Assembly (NCBI RefSeq): GCF_006345805.1
Contig: NC_043008.1
Coordinates: 74,152,001-74,216,000, forward strand
From: Octopus sinensis
Taxonomy: Eukaryota
Reading direction: 5' to 3'
Length of the DNA stretch: 64,000 nt
A program made the translations under genes and the position numbers. Every line of letters starts with the position of its first letter. Positions within the stretch are counted from its first letter, which is position 1. The notes under the pieces were generated by a model. It searched no databases. It was not told where the DNA came from and worked only from the letters and a program-made list of their open reading frames with translations. Shown one piece after another: positions 40,507 through 53,975 of the stretch.

Positions 40507-40907
40507 AGGCGCAGGAGTAGCTGTGTGGTAAGTAGCTTGTTTACCAACCACATAGTTCCGGGTTCAGTCCCAATGCGTGGCACCTTGGGCAAGTGTCTTC
40601 TACTATAGCCTCGGGTCGACCAAAGCCTTGTGAGTGGATTTGGTAGACAGAAACTGAAAGAAGTCCGTCGTATATATGTATATATATATATATATATACC
40701 TGTGTGTGTTTGTCCCCCTAGCATTGCTTGACAACCGATGCTGGTGTGTTTATGTCCCCGTTACTTAGCGGTTCGGCAAAAGAGACTGATAGAATAAGTA
40801 CTGGGCTTACAAAAGAATAAGTCCCGGGGTCGAGTTGCTCGATTAAAGGCGGTGCTCCAACATGGCCGCAGTCAAATGACTGAAACAAGTAAAAGAGTAA
40901 AAGAGAG
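40507..40907 (+). mobile_element. tRNA-derived SINE family B (complete composite)
   Basis: A box TAGCTGTGTGG, B box GGTTCAGTCCC, CORE-like CCTTGGGCAAGTG; collinear with 3733-4130. Confidence 0.9.
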
Positions 40908-41814
40908 TATATCATTCACTTACAGTGTCTCCCTTCCGTGTGTAACTCATATTATATGCACTATCTCTACTCCATATCTATATTTCCTATCTCTTTTTGT
41001 TTATATTACTCCATATTTATATTACCCTTTCAGCTTTTTTCTACCGTGTCTATAAACTCATCTCTCTTTAATATGTTTCCATTCTACTTATACCCCATAT
41101 CAATTCAAATGTGCATTTCCAGAAATTTGGTCAATAAAAGAGCTTCTACACCGTCGATCCACGTCAAAAAATCTCATTGAAATCACATCCCATCTTCTTA
41201 ATAAAGGTCATATGCCTAAAACATCTGAAAATAAAGATCAACTTATTGCCTTAGGATGCTTTTAATTTCAGGTCTACTCTATTAGTGCTCACTTAGTACT
41301 GAACAGCAATAATACCACAATCAACGCTACCTACAATAACTATGCCAACATCTTTTTATATTTCTATTACTAATGTGTTACTTAAAACATCAAAGGCACT
41401 ATATTTGAAATATTTAAAGAATATTTTCTTTCAAAGACTAAAGTGTAGTTAAAAAAACAATCGAAAAGAATAATCTATTTTACATACCAGCAATTAAATT
41501 GACTCAAAGTAGAAACAAAATTAATTTAAATTTGCAACAAACAGAAGAGCAGTTTAATATTTCTAAGTATTTAATTTTGTGCGAGAACTCATCAGTATAT
41601 CCACTTCCCCAAGATAATCACAAATATTATAGCAATGGATTATTTAACTGTCGTGTAATTCCCGCAATGAAGACTGAACTACTAAGCGACTTTCGGTAGT
41701 CTCTTGAATATATTACTTAAGCATTTATATTGGTTAAATATATTATTTTTTGAGAATGAAAAAAAACTACTTATTTACAAACACACATTCATACGTACAT
41801 ACATACATGTATAT

Positions 41815-41861
<47 letters not shown>

Positions 41862-41999
41862 ATATACATGTATATACATATATATATATATATATACTCA
41901 CATACAAACACACACACACACACGTTTATACACGTGTATATGCATATACTCTTCGGACAGCTGTCCTCCTAACGTAAAGTCCCGTGAAAAAAAATTATG

Positions 42000-42290
42000 T
42001 ACAATGCCAGCATTACATATATAAAGATATATGCAAATTTCGGCTTCGTTTAAAGATAAAAACAGAAGATACACATCTTTATCCAATATGGTATGGACAC
42101 TTAAAGTGAGGAGCGTTAACCACTTATTTAGAAAGTAAGCCATCATGGCTAAGGCCATCAAATACATGGGATGGGGCAGCAATTGTGACATCTGTATTAC
42201 CGAAAGATTAAATGTCATAACGTCCACTGTGAACATATTAAATATTAGGGAGGATATCTTCTCCCTCGACATGTGATATTTCATATTTTG
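42000..42290 (+). mobile_element. Penelope-like GIY-YIG endonuclease C-terminal relic
   Basis: ASFKDKNRRYTSLSNMVWTLK...AKAIKY...NCDICITERLNVI...ILNIREDIFS matches the PLE pattern T-x-LS-x-x-IW-x-LK...C-x-LC-x-x-EK...LN-x-R-x-E. Confidence 0.7.
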
Positions 42291-42489
42291 TAATATCAAG
42301 CATGTGTTCCGTCCACTTTGCTCAATCTTCAAAGTGGATATTTTTTCCTTTAGACATCGACTAAATGCATTGCATGAACATCATGGGTTAAGTACATATG
42401 TCCTCATAAATATATGCTGGATTCTATTACTCCGGTGATATATTTGCATTGCACATATAAATAACACAAAACTGAAGTGTCTACGTATA

Positions 42490-42544
42490 TATATATATAA
42501 ACACACATATACACACACGCACACATACACATACATACACACAC

Positions 42545-42580
<36 letters not shown>

Positions 42581-42590
42581 ACACACATAC

Positions 42591-42630
<40 letters not shown>
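42490..42630. repeat. (CA)n/(TA)n microsatellite
   Basis: Direct reading. Confidence 0.95.
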
Positions 42631-43019
42631 CAATTGACCTGAAAGTATACTTCACAGTTTCAGATAGTTAAAATAAGTGTGGACACTAGAAACTGAAAAT
42701 CACGTTCGATCTATGTAAAATTCGAACTCGCAAAGTTGAAAAACTTTAAGAGAGATTGTAAGTTATCTAGTTTGGGCCTCAAATTCACCGTATTAAGTAG
42801 ATGATTAATTCTAAGCTATGTTACATGACGTTCAGGAACTATGCAGGTGTTTGACTTTTACTGGTGTGTAAGGTTGCTACACAATTCATCTGCCCTGTGT
42901 GGCCGAGAAGTTAGCTAGTGAGATTTGAAATGAGAATATTAAAGAATGACACAACGTGTCTCTGTAGCATTCCTTCAGGCGTCCTACCCACACTGCTATA
43001 TATGACTACTTGCTTTTAA

Positions 43020-43240
43020 TCTAAATAATGGTATCAAATTTTGACACAATGCCGGCAATTTTGGTGTGAAGGACTTGGTCGATAACACCGACTAAACTAG
43101 TCAACTGCAACATATATTAACGACCCTGAAATGTGGAAAGGTAAAGTCGACTTCAGCTGGATTTGAAGTCAGAGAAAAAAGAGCCGGAAAGAATGCTGCT
43201 AGGCGTTTTGTTCGACACTCTAACGATTTTCTCATCTCAC
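43020..43240 (-). mobile_element. Old SINE family A copy
   Basis: CAAATTTTGACACAATGCC...AAGGTAAAGTCGACTTCAGCTGGATTTGAAGTCAGA, reverse complement of the consensus. Confidence 0.65.
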
Positions 43241-44168
43241 CTGTTTTTTAAACCGACACTATGGTTTACAAAGTGTTACAATACAAAACTGTGAGGATAT
43301 TGTGCATTGTTAATTTATTCCATTTAATTCGGTTTCTATTTATTGTTTCACCTACTGGGATTTGATTTCAGAACGCAAAAAGCCATAACTAATACCACCA
43401 CCCATTATTTACGTAAGTCTACCGATTCTCAATGCCTGAAAACATTAGAATAAGGCTACAGGCAATGAACTTGATTCTAACTCAGAATTTCAAGTTAACT
43501 GCACTCAATCTATAACACACAAAGTTTTGTGCTAAAACATTTTTCATAAACCATTGGCTTTAAAATCAACAAATTAATATTCCATATATAAGAAACACTA
43601 GAACTCCGTTTGCATTACCGAATGCACATCCAGCCTCCGAAATTACAAGCACTTTTACTTCAACTCATTATTGTAAAGAACAAGGTATTTCTCCTTCGGC
43701 TACTTATCTTTCATTAACTAGAATTTGATATATGATGTTACAGTAATTTAATTTCATGGTTTTATTCACTCAAGCATAAAAATCGTGTACGAAAACAAGT
43801 TATTCAGATGCCAAGTTATCAAAGAAAATGTTAAGTGAACGAAGAATCCTTATTGTAAAAGAAAGCTCAAAGGCAAACACAAACAAAATGAAAATATATC
43901 TACGACTTCATCTAATATATTTCTGTGTCTTGGTGTAAATCATTTTTATCTGGCTGAAGATGATAGTGCTTTTAGCTATAATCTAGTAGTAGAATTATCA
44001 TATTCTAAACCAGTCGTTGAGGTAAGATCTCAGATTCCCGAGCTTGCTGTCTGTGTTCGGTACGCAGTTCTATATGTTTTACCAACACATCCAACACCAT
44101 ATGTAACGATAGGAACCTCAGCGTACTAAAATGTCTTCATTGCCTGATGTCGGTATGACCGCTTGCAT

Positions 44169-44251
<83 letters not shown>

Positions 44252-44869
44252 GTTCACACTCTCTTTCTCTTCCTTTCTCCGTCTCTCTCACGCTGTCTTA
44301 CTCTATCACTGTCGTCTAATATCTCCTTCTAACTGTTTATATCTCTCTATATCTCCTTCTCTCTTTTCCAAGATGCGACAAACTATTATGAAGTTGATGT
44401 AACTTAAGTCAAAGTAATCAACTACAATTTTCAATCCCAGTGAGTTCAACTACGCTTGGAAATCACTAAACTTCCTCCTGTAGATATTTCATAACATATT
44501 ATTGCATGAATAAAGGAATCTTTGTGACAAATAAAATCATATCATTAATCGATATTATTTTGAGTAAGCAAAATGGAATTTGTTCTGGTTCTTAATATTC
44601 TGAGTTCAAATCCCATCTAGGGCAACTGAATATATGACTGAATAAGAAGCAATTATCATGTTGTTTTGAGCAGCATTAAGCCACGGAAGGAATAGAGGAT
44701 GCCTTACTAGTAGTTTTGTATGACTCTCTTGTAGTAAGATAATATAAAGCGATGGTGGTTATGTAGCTGAGGGCTATGATATAATTTGCTAATTGCCTAG
44801 AACTCTCTTCGACTTAACTTCTCATATGAAAAAGATCGATAAAAGAACATCAGCAATAATGATATTGAT

Positions 44870-45072
44870 TTCAATTTTTAGCAAAGAGCTAGCAGTTTCA
44901 AGTGGATCAAGTCGATCACATTGGCCCAGTGCTCAAGTTGTACTCATTTTATCGACCCCGAGAGGATAGAAAAGTCGACCGTGGCGGAGTTTGAAATTAT
45001 AGCATAAAATGGACAAAATGCTGCTAAGCATTTTGCCCGACAAGCTGGCGATTCTGCCAGCTCGCCGCCTTC
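44870..45072 (-). mobile_element. SINE family A
   Basis: TTTTATCGACCCCGAGAGGAT...TTCTGCCAGCTCGCCGCCTT, ending in the reverse complement of the head. Confidence 0.8.
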
Positions 45073-47409
45073 GCTTCGTACAAAATTATTTGTTTAAAAA
45101 CCAAAGAGCTGACAGAATAGATAAAGCGTCGGACAAAATGCCTTATGTTATTTCTTTCGATTGAAGTCGAAGTTATAGAGTGGCCCACACTTTCGAAATT
45201 GTCAGTTTGATACCTAAATCAGAAACGACTTGATCAATAGTATTCGAATTATTGTTGTTCCATGCAAGTTTCTACCGCTTCAACAAATCCATCACTATGA
45301 TGTATGTTTCTTTGTCTTTTGAAAATTAGAACTCTGTTCGTATGCTGATTCACTTCTGCTTTGCTGTTGAATTCCTTTTACAATTTCTATTTTAGTGTTT
45401 TTAACAGGGAAACAATGCCTAATGTGAGTTGTGTGTTTTTGTTGTGCGCTGTTTGTATTTCTCATTAGATGCAGGACTGTTATTAAGTTTTATTGTCGGG
45501 CGGTGTTGTTATGTATGCACTGCGTAAGTTTTGTAAGCAGTAATGCATGGCAAATATCAAAGGTTGACTTAGTTGTGATTAGACAATCGAGTATCGATTA
45601 TTCAACAGTAATATGTTTTGCATAATTTTATTGACATTTGACTGCATGTTGTATATACTTCGTGCCAGTTGTACCATTTCATCCAGGGCCAGTTGGGCAG
45701 AATGCAATTTCTGTGTATAGTTTGGGAAATCGGCAGCGTGTATTGTTGTTTTATTGAATGCAAATTGTGAAAGACGTGCTCTGTGTAGAGCATTTGCAGT
45801 TCCAGTTGTAATTTAAAATTACAGGTACAAACTTTATATCGTGGAAAGATTTTTATACCTGCAAGAGCTTTTTTATTATTAGTGTTTTTAAACTTATGTC
45901 TCTGGTATGAAGTCTGTTTTTTGTTCTCTTTTTTTTTTTACCGTGCCTTTGGTTCGCAATGCTTGGGAAGGTCTTCCACGGACTTTTAGATGAATAGTCA
46001 AGAGAAACTAGCGCATAAAGAGGTATTTTTAAAATTCACTTCCAAGTATATTTGAATATTTGGCTGAAGGATGTTTTATTTTAAAGATGTTTTATCAAAA
46101 TCTTGTTCGAGTAATAACTTACACACAATGCCTTGTAATATTATTTAAGAAATATTTTAAACACGCTGTCTTTAACGCCTGTAAATTATTATGAAAGTAA
46201 ATATATCGCGGTAAACTTTTATGGTGGTTCAAATGTAAAAATATAATATGCTATTCGATGGTTTAAGGAAAATACATGAGCAGAAATTAATTAATAAACA
46301 AAAATTATTTTTCAGAGGAGAGGTCCTATATAACATATAGCCTTAGTTCAAAAAGTAAACAAATTTTTGAGGTGATAAAGAGAGAACTTTATAAATTAAA
46401 TAGGGAATACAAAATGAATGTCACCGAAATAGAAAAGAAAATCCAGTTTAGAAAGAGTCGAACGTGCAAGAAAATTTGTGTTGAGAGACTCGAATGAGAA
46501 TAAGTTTCCTTCTCACACTATTTTTCATCTTTAAGTTAAGGGTAAAAAGATAGTGATAGAGGAAAACTTATTCCTTACAAAATTTCTACACATACAACTC
46601 TTTTTAAATTGTGAATTTTCCGAATCTTTCTTTTTCTTTTTCTTTTTTTTTGTTGGTTATATTTATTTCTACTTTAGTTATAAAGTTTTCCTTTTATCAC
46701 TTAACAAACGTGTTTACCATTCGACCTAAGGTCATATGTTCTATAGAACCACACCTCTGAAGAATAATATTTGTTTTATTTCTTTTAATTCATTTCTGCT
46801 TAGGTATTTTCCTCAAATCATTGATTCGCATATATTTATAACACAGGGACGTAATCAAACCAACACCGATTGTTAACTGATGGAACGGGAATTTTCTTTA
46901 CCTTGAATGATTGCAGGATATTACAGAGCCCGCTATACAATCTCCTCGGAGTACATTATCCGTGCATGAAATTTATTGTAGCTCAAACTAAAATCTTGTA
47001 TTTGATAAATTACTTGTGTAATGATGGATCTATCCAGGTCGATGTAAAAAGTTTCATCTAATTTAACTTTTTTACCATTTTACCTGATGTTGGTGATTTA
47101 TATGCTATAATGTAATCTTCAAAGAATGTTTTAAAGTTCTACCAAAATAGCTGTCGTAATTTTAAATGCCATTTGTGTTTACCTCTATACCTACGACACA
47201 CCAAGGACCAATCCCAGATCTACGGTTTAAATTGTATTTAGTACCTGCATATCTACAGTTTCCTGACAACAATTGATGTATTCAATGTTGTTCACCTGTC
47301 GGTGAATTCCGTGTTATCTTACCTCGCCATGTTGACGTCCTACGTGTTGATGAACCTTGATTCTATCGGATCCTTATTACCAAATTATATGTCTACACAA
47401 TCACACACA

Positions 47410-47560
47410 CATATATGCGACGGGCGTCCACGATGTTTCCGCCAACAAAATTCCCTCGGTCAGGGTTGTAGCCGACGACTCTTGCCCAAGGTGATGTGCT
47501 GTGGAACAGAACCTCAACTATGTGGTTGGTTGCAAAGTGAGCTTCTTAACCAGACAGCCA
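47410..47560 (-). mobile_element. Degraded SINE family B head
   Basis: CGACGGGCGTCC...CTTGCCCAAGGTG...TTCTTAACCAGACAGCCA. Confidence 0.65.
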
Positions 47561-49009
47561 AAAATTATCATCCTGAAATAGTTTTTTAAAATGTGGGCAT
47601 TCGAATGCTGTGTAAGTAATATTTCGAATGTTGTACTGAAGTATTTTTATTAAGTTTAAATCTGAGTCTCTGATGTAAATCAAAAAGAATAAAACCTCTT
47701 ATTGATGAATTATTCCATTTGAACTGTGTTGTTATACGCAATTTTCAAATGTCATTAAATTGTTGTCCTAAATTATAAACACAGCAATTGAATCTTGTTG
47801 ATATTCTACTTAAAATATTCAGTGATATATGCAACGAAGCAAGAAAGAAATAAAAAATTCTTTCAAGGAAGTCGACACTTTTGTGGGGAAATCAATATGC
47901 CATTTAGCTTGAATCTTCTAGACTGAAATTTCTCCTGATGGTCATATACGGTCAGTGTTTGAGTAAAAGAAAGGTAAGGGCTGGAGGACAGGGGAATCAG
48001 AGTGAAGAATTTCTTTATATGTATGTACGTATAAGCATACATACATTCATACATCATATACATACATAGATATATATGCATATATACATATGTGTGAGTA
48101 TGTGTGTGCTTGTGTGTGTGTGTGTGTGTGTACGTACACATGCTTTTTTATATGCACATGATCTATACTATGCAGATTTGCATACATTTATAATATATGT
48201 GGATGTGAAAGCATGTATGTTTATATGCTGACAGAACAATTAGATATTACTTATGTAACAGAGAATCGGGTGGCTAAGAAAACATCATGCGGTTATACAA
48301 ATAAATATAGAAACAGATGCACACACACATACACACTCGCACACACAGTGACATATACATATTTGTATATATGCATATGTTTATACATGCTGTATGCAGA
48401 TTTATATACATACATATATGTATGTGCATATATATTTACATACTGAGATATGTTTATCTTCATTGTGTGTGAATATGTGTGTGAGTTCGCGTGTGTACAT
48501 ATCTGTATGTCATCCGTGTGTTATAATTTTCAGTAATTCGCCAGAGAATTATGTTCAATATTGCCGGAGTACCATCCCACTATAATGTATCAGAGTCAGA
48601 TTTCAATAGGATATATTTATGAATATGCAACGATTATGATATCGATCTATCATCATAGAAAATAATCAATATTCAATCATAAAAAAATTGATCGTTAATA
48701 TAAAATTTTCAAACATTATTTTTACGTATCAACCTTATCAGTATTTCATGAATAAGCAATACTATTTTAGTAACAAAGTCAATCACGTAGACATAATTGA
48801 AAGTAATTACACCAATTCATAGATTTATTGTATCTATACCCTCTGGAAATGGGACGTAACAATCTGCCAGATTTAAGTGACATCTTCTAAAAGATAATGG
48901 TTAAAATGTTCCATACAGCTGGTACCAAGCTCAGCACGTGCTTATAAAGTAACTACATCTTTGTAATTTGTGTTTTTCTTTGATTTCATATTTTGCTTCT
49001 TTACTTTCT

Positions 49010-49019
49010 ATAAATATAA

Positions 49020-49106
<87 letters not shown>
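49010..49106. repeat. (TA)n microsatellite
   Basis: Direct reading. Confidence 0.97.
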
Positions 49107-49110
<4 letters not shown>

Positions 49111-49150
49111 GGGATATTAGCAATTTAAACCTAAAGGCAACCTAATAAAC

Positions 49151-49319
49151 ATTACTAAGGTGACACGGGTACAAAGTGGTACCAGCGTTGCTAGAAAAAT
49201 AGTCAAAACGACTCATTAGCCACATCTTACTATGTTAATGCTTTATGAGGCTAATGGGTCGTTTTGGCACTTGCTTCTTGCAACACTGGTACCACTATAT
49301 ACCCTTGTCACTAGTGATA
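49151..49319. mobile_element. Foldback / MITE-like palindrome (about 170 bp)
   Basis: GTGACACGGGTACAAAGTGGTACCAGCGTTGCTAGAA pairs with TTCTTGCAACACTGGTACCACTATATACCCTTGTCAC. Inner CAAAACGACTCATTAGCC (49204-49221) pairs with GGCTAATGGGTCGTTTTG (49249-49266). Confidence 0.75.
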
Positions 49320-49789
49320 TTTGCATGCATATATATATATATATAATATGCGTGTGTGTGTATATGTGTGTGTGCGTATGTGCGTGCGTGAGTGCGTACA
49401 ACATTTCGAATGGGATATCTGTGTTTGACATTGATGTGGTGGTTATTGTATCTCAGTTTTGCTGCTTCAGTAATGTTCATACCGATACGTATTTATCAAC
49501 CTTACAGTTTCGTTAAAACGACTGCTTGATTTTGTGAAATGAAGTTTCATGTCGTTCAAGAAAGTTTCGGACCTTCATATTTTCATTGGCTTAGGCAAAG
49601 TTATTTTGTCAGAAAGGTTGCTAACACCCAGCGGAATTTCAAAACATTTCTTATGGCTTTTAGACAGAATTTGTAAAATTAGCTAGCATTAGCAAAAATA
49701 AAATTGGAAAATTATGATTAACAGAAATAATAATTACAAAAAAACATTCACCATAATAATGATTAGCGAAAAATTTATTACTAATGATA

Positions 49790-50012
49790 TTAACCCATTT
49801 CAGACCAACCCCGCTGAGACAGTAGCCGGTTCTATGAAATAAACGGTTTTAAAATTATCTAAATTAAAGCCTTTCATGGAAACCGTATGCTAATTTATGT
49901 TCCAACAGGAGTTTAATAGTGACAAGGATATTTTACTAAATTCGTCATTAATTTCAGTATTAATTGCCACAAAAGCTGTCTACTTCAACAGCAATATGGT
50001 AAAAATATTAAG
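49790..50012. mobile_element. Possible piggyBac-type MITE relic
   Basis: Left end reads TTAA|CCC; the right end is degenerate (...ATATGGTAAAAATATTAA). Assignment relies partly on recalled similarity to a common octopus repeat. Confidence 0.35.
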
Positions 50013-50784
50013 AACTAATAATCGTATTTAGCATAAGTTTTGCATATTTTGATGCTAAGATTTTCCCTATGAATTACATGGTGTCAATTGTTTCTCGTGT
50101 CACCTATCAGGGCATTTTTTTCTTGAAGAGAGGGGCATACTGAATTTGTTTGCAGGTATTGTTACTTCGGTTTGATTCCATACATCGAATGCTATGTTAT
50201 TTTGCCGGCTATGGGTTGTAAATTCAATCACTTTACATTTCGAAGTCTCTTTGCATAGGGATGTTCTTGAAGGCTTAGAGTGTAATTTTCTATACATGCA
50301 GATATATACAAGAAGCTTTCATCTCTTGTATTTAAGATGCATACACTCAGGTTCATTCAGAATTAACTGGCACGCCAGGGATAAAGTTTGAATGAATATA
50401 ATATAAACGTGTATATAATTTGGGCGAAATTTGCGATGAAATCAGATCTCAAGAAAGTAAATTTGCTATATGCAAATTAAAGATTGGCAACACGGTTCAT
50501 ATTGTAACCGCAACCAGGAAACAATAAATAATCATCGAACAAATAACATGTTCAACAAATGACCTCAAAAGAGCAGTGGTTTCAGCATTTCTACGACATA
50601 TATATTGGCGTTATATGAAAAACATAATGGTTTCAAATTTTTGCACAAGGCCAGCAAGTGCGGGAGAGGGATTAAGTCGATTATATGTCGATCGATGTGA
50701 ACCAGAAAATGAAAACAGACGAAATGCTAAGCATTTTGCCCAGCGTACTAAGGATTCTGCCGATCCACCGTCCTGATGATTATA

Positions 50785-50817
50785 ATGACGATGATGATGA
50801 TGATGATGATGATGATG

Positions 50818-50878
<61 letters not shown>
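50785..50878. repeat. (GAT)n-(AAT)n compound microsatellite (tail of a minus-strand SINE A at 50630-50770)
   Basis: Direct reading. Confidence 0.93.
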
Positions 50879-50879
<1 letters not shown>

Positions 50880-50882
<3 letters not shown>

Positions 50883-52031
50883 GGCTATATATATATACAA
50901 CATATCGAAGGTGGTATATGTATTATACAGCTAGAAAACTATTACGAAATAACCACCGTAGGACTACAGAAATACGTACTTCAGAAGCAAGGAAAACTAA
51001 TACACATAGCCATAAAACGCGAACAAAACAAAAACCTGTTTTAAGGAAACTGATAAATACAAAAAAGAAGTCACAGTACCTAACAGCTAAGAAGAAAATG
51101 AAGAAACAAAAAAAGCTGAAAAACAACTGAAATCCAAACTAAAACTATAACAGCAACAGATCATCATAAAACGATGGCAAGAAAAGACCCTTCATGGCGA
51201 ATATTGGATTAAGCTAAACAGTAAAGAAATAGACAAAGTAAAATCCCAACAATGGCTGAGAAGCTCAGGACGCAAAGCAGAGTCTGAAGGAGTTTTAAAT
51301 GCAGCACAAGATCAAAGATTTTCCACCAGAAATCACCAAAAACACATAATGAAATGAAATGCAACAAGTAATGCAGAATACGTGATGGAGAAGAAACAAT
51401 AAATCAAAATGTCTCTGGCTGCCCAGTCCTGGCTAAGAAGGAATATATTCACAGGCACGACGGATTTGGGACCTATATACACTGGAAGCTATGCCAACAC
51501 TATGGAACAATAAAAGAAAAAAGATGGTATGGGCACACACCAGAAAAGGTCACAGTAAATGAGAAAGCAACCATACTCTGGGATATGCCAATACACACAG
51601 GGAAATTAAGGCAGATATGCCGGATATAGTTGTCAGAGATCATCTAGAAAAAATACGCTTTCTAATCGATGTATCAATACCAACAGATGATAATGTTTCT
51701 CTAAAGGAAACGGAGAAACTTTCAAAATAGAACGATCGGGAAATAGAGGTAACTCGAATGTGGAACCTAAAAAAAGAATCAATCCCTATCATAGTAGGCG
51801 CATTAGGTATGATAAAGAAAAATCAGACAAATACTTAACAAAAACATCAGGACTAACAAGTAATATAACATACAGAAAATAGCACTACCAGGCTATCACA
51901 CAGCCTACGTAAAACACTTTTAATACAATGAAAATAAGAGCACCTTAACAAATTACAGCATATACCCAAGACACATAGAGCTGCGCTCAGTAGTGCAGTG
52001 AAAGCACCCAATAAAAATAAGACTGCTGGAT
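50880..52031 (+). mobile_element. 5'-truncated, decayed R4/Dong copy (same family as 10860-14955)
   Basis: RLYIYIQHIEGG...LENYYEITTVGLQKY...GCPVLAKKEYIHRHD...PEKVTVNEKATILWDMPIH...FLIDVSIPTDDNVSLKETEKLSK, plus the matching 3' UTR; (AAT)n on both sides. Confidence 0.9.
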
Positions 52032-52097
52032 GATAATAATAATAATAATTATAATATAATAATAATAATAATATAATAATAATAATAATAATAATAA

Positions 52098-52290
52098 TGC
52101 TAAAGCTGTTATCACCAGGACTTGCTACGTCGATGATCATGCAATGTTATTACTTTTGTACTTCTCAATATAATGTCAGGTTTCCGATGTTTAATTTCAG
52201 TGTCACCCTGAATCGTGACATCCCACAGGATTTTAAAATCAACATTCTCAGTAACTTCTTCAGGAGTTTTGACTATACCACTACCAGAAG
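52098..52290 (-). mobile_element. R4/Dong-type restriction-like endonuclease fragment of another subfamily
   Basis: TPEEVTENVDFKILWDVTIQGDTEIKHRKPDII...MIIDVASPGDN; abuts the (AAT)n tract at 52032-52097. Confidence 0.75.
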
Positions 52291-53169
52291 GAGATACTGA
52301 GAATAATGGGAAGAATATTAGCGAAAATGTTACAAGAGATTATAATAGGAGTAGCCATTGTATTAACTTTATCAATAATAGCAAGAATGCTCCCATTCTT
52401 TTAGAATGCAATGATAATAATTATTATGTTAATGATAAGGTAAGTTTTAATAGTTAGAACGTGAGTAGTAGCATATTGGGTGGGCAGAATTAATATTTGT
52501 TTGCGCAATATAAATACTAGTTTAACAATCAATATGAATAAGAATAACAGGACTAACCATAATTACTTTTATTACCTGAAAAGAAGCCCAACGTAGAATA
52601 TCCGATAAATGCCCCTTGAACTGTTATCGCTTGAGATATAATGTACTGTATAAATGAACCATACATAATATTCAGCTAACGTTTATAAAGAATCTTCCGT
52701 AAACATTAAGTGACGATTTCTATCCCACATTAGCATATTTTCCTCCCGTAAGCGCAAAACTTCCATTTCGTTAGTTAATCATACACACTATCTTAAGAAC
52801 ACTTCTTACGATATTACTCGGTCCATTATTAGGATATTATTAAGACAGAAGACTCTAACAAAGTGGTTGAACTCCATGCGATCTCCGTAGTTAACAGTCT
52901 ATTGAAATCTCATGAAAAAGTAATAGTTTCCTGAACCACAGACATCCACAATTTTCAAACTTTTCACCTTTTTTTACCATAGAACTACACGTATTTATGA
53001 CCCATAGGATTTATTTAATGGCTGTCTAAATGATAGACAAATTCTTAATTTATCAGATAATATACTTCCCTAAAAGCTATTTCACTCCCACTAACTTGCT
53101 GATTTTCGGTTCTCATTTTTATATATGTAAGTATGTATACATGTATGTATATATGCATATAGATATTAT

Positions 53170-53485
53170 TCCTTTACACGTTTCAGTTATTTAACTACGA
53201 CCATCCTGGTGCACCGCCTTAAAGGGTTTTAGTCGAGCGAATCCACCCCAGGACTTATTCATTGTAAGCCTAGTACTTATTCTATTAGTCTCTTTCGTCG
53301 AATAGCTAAGTTACGGGGACATAATCACACTACTATCGGTCGTCAAGAGATGGTAGGGGACAAACACCGACATGAAGACACACATAAATATACAAACATA
53401 TATGCATGTATGTATATATATATATTATATATATATATGTGTGTGTGTGTGTGTATGTGTGTGTGTGTGTGTGTGTGCGTGTGTA

Positions 53486-53532
<47 letters not shown>

Positions 53533-53777
53533 ATATATATATACTTTATTATTAAAGTTGTAAAATCATCACAAAGAGACTACTACACAGAGTCTCATAC
53601 TTCCCTTCGTCGGACAGGTTTGTTTGAGAATCCAAACCTGTCCGACAAGCGGGAACGTGAAACTCTGAGTTGCAAGTTTTTGTGATATTTTTGTGATGAT
53701 TTTGCAGCTTTAATAATAAAGTATATTACTCTACCTCCGGTATTCGAGTGCTATTTTTCCCACCTTGTTTCCCATTT

Positions 53778-53826
<49 letters not shown>

Positions 53827-53975
53827 GACGGGCGTCTTTCAAGTTCCGTCTACCAAATCCACTCACAAGGCTTTGGTCATCCCGCGGCTATAGTAATAGA
53901 CACTTGCCCAAGATGCCAAGCAATGGGACTGAAATCGGAATCATGTGGTTGGGAAGCAATCTTCTTACCGCACAA
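53170..53975 (-). mobile_element. SINE family B split by expanded microsatellites and a nested foldback
   Basis: 3' module at 53170-53375 and tRNA head at 53824-53975, both reverse complements of 40507-40907. Confidence 0.8.
53539..53726. repeat. Long imperfect inverted repeat (foldback) with hammerhead-like motifs
   Basis: Outer arms 53539-53575 and 53690-53726 match at 35/37; a perfect 14 bp inner stem pairs 53609-53622 with 53633-53646. Confidence 0.9.

Noticed and set aside
45430-45850. Possible Penelope GIY-YIG relic on the minus strand
   Set aside because: Only vague Cys/Trp spacing similarity across several frameshifts.
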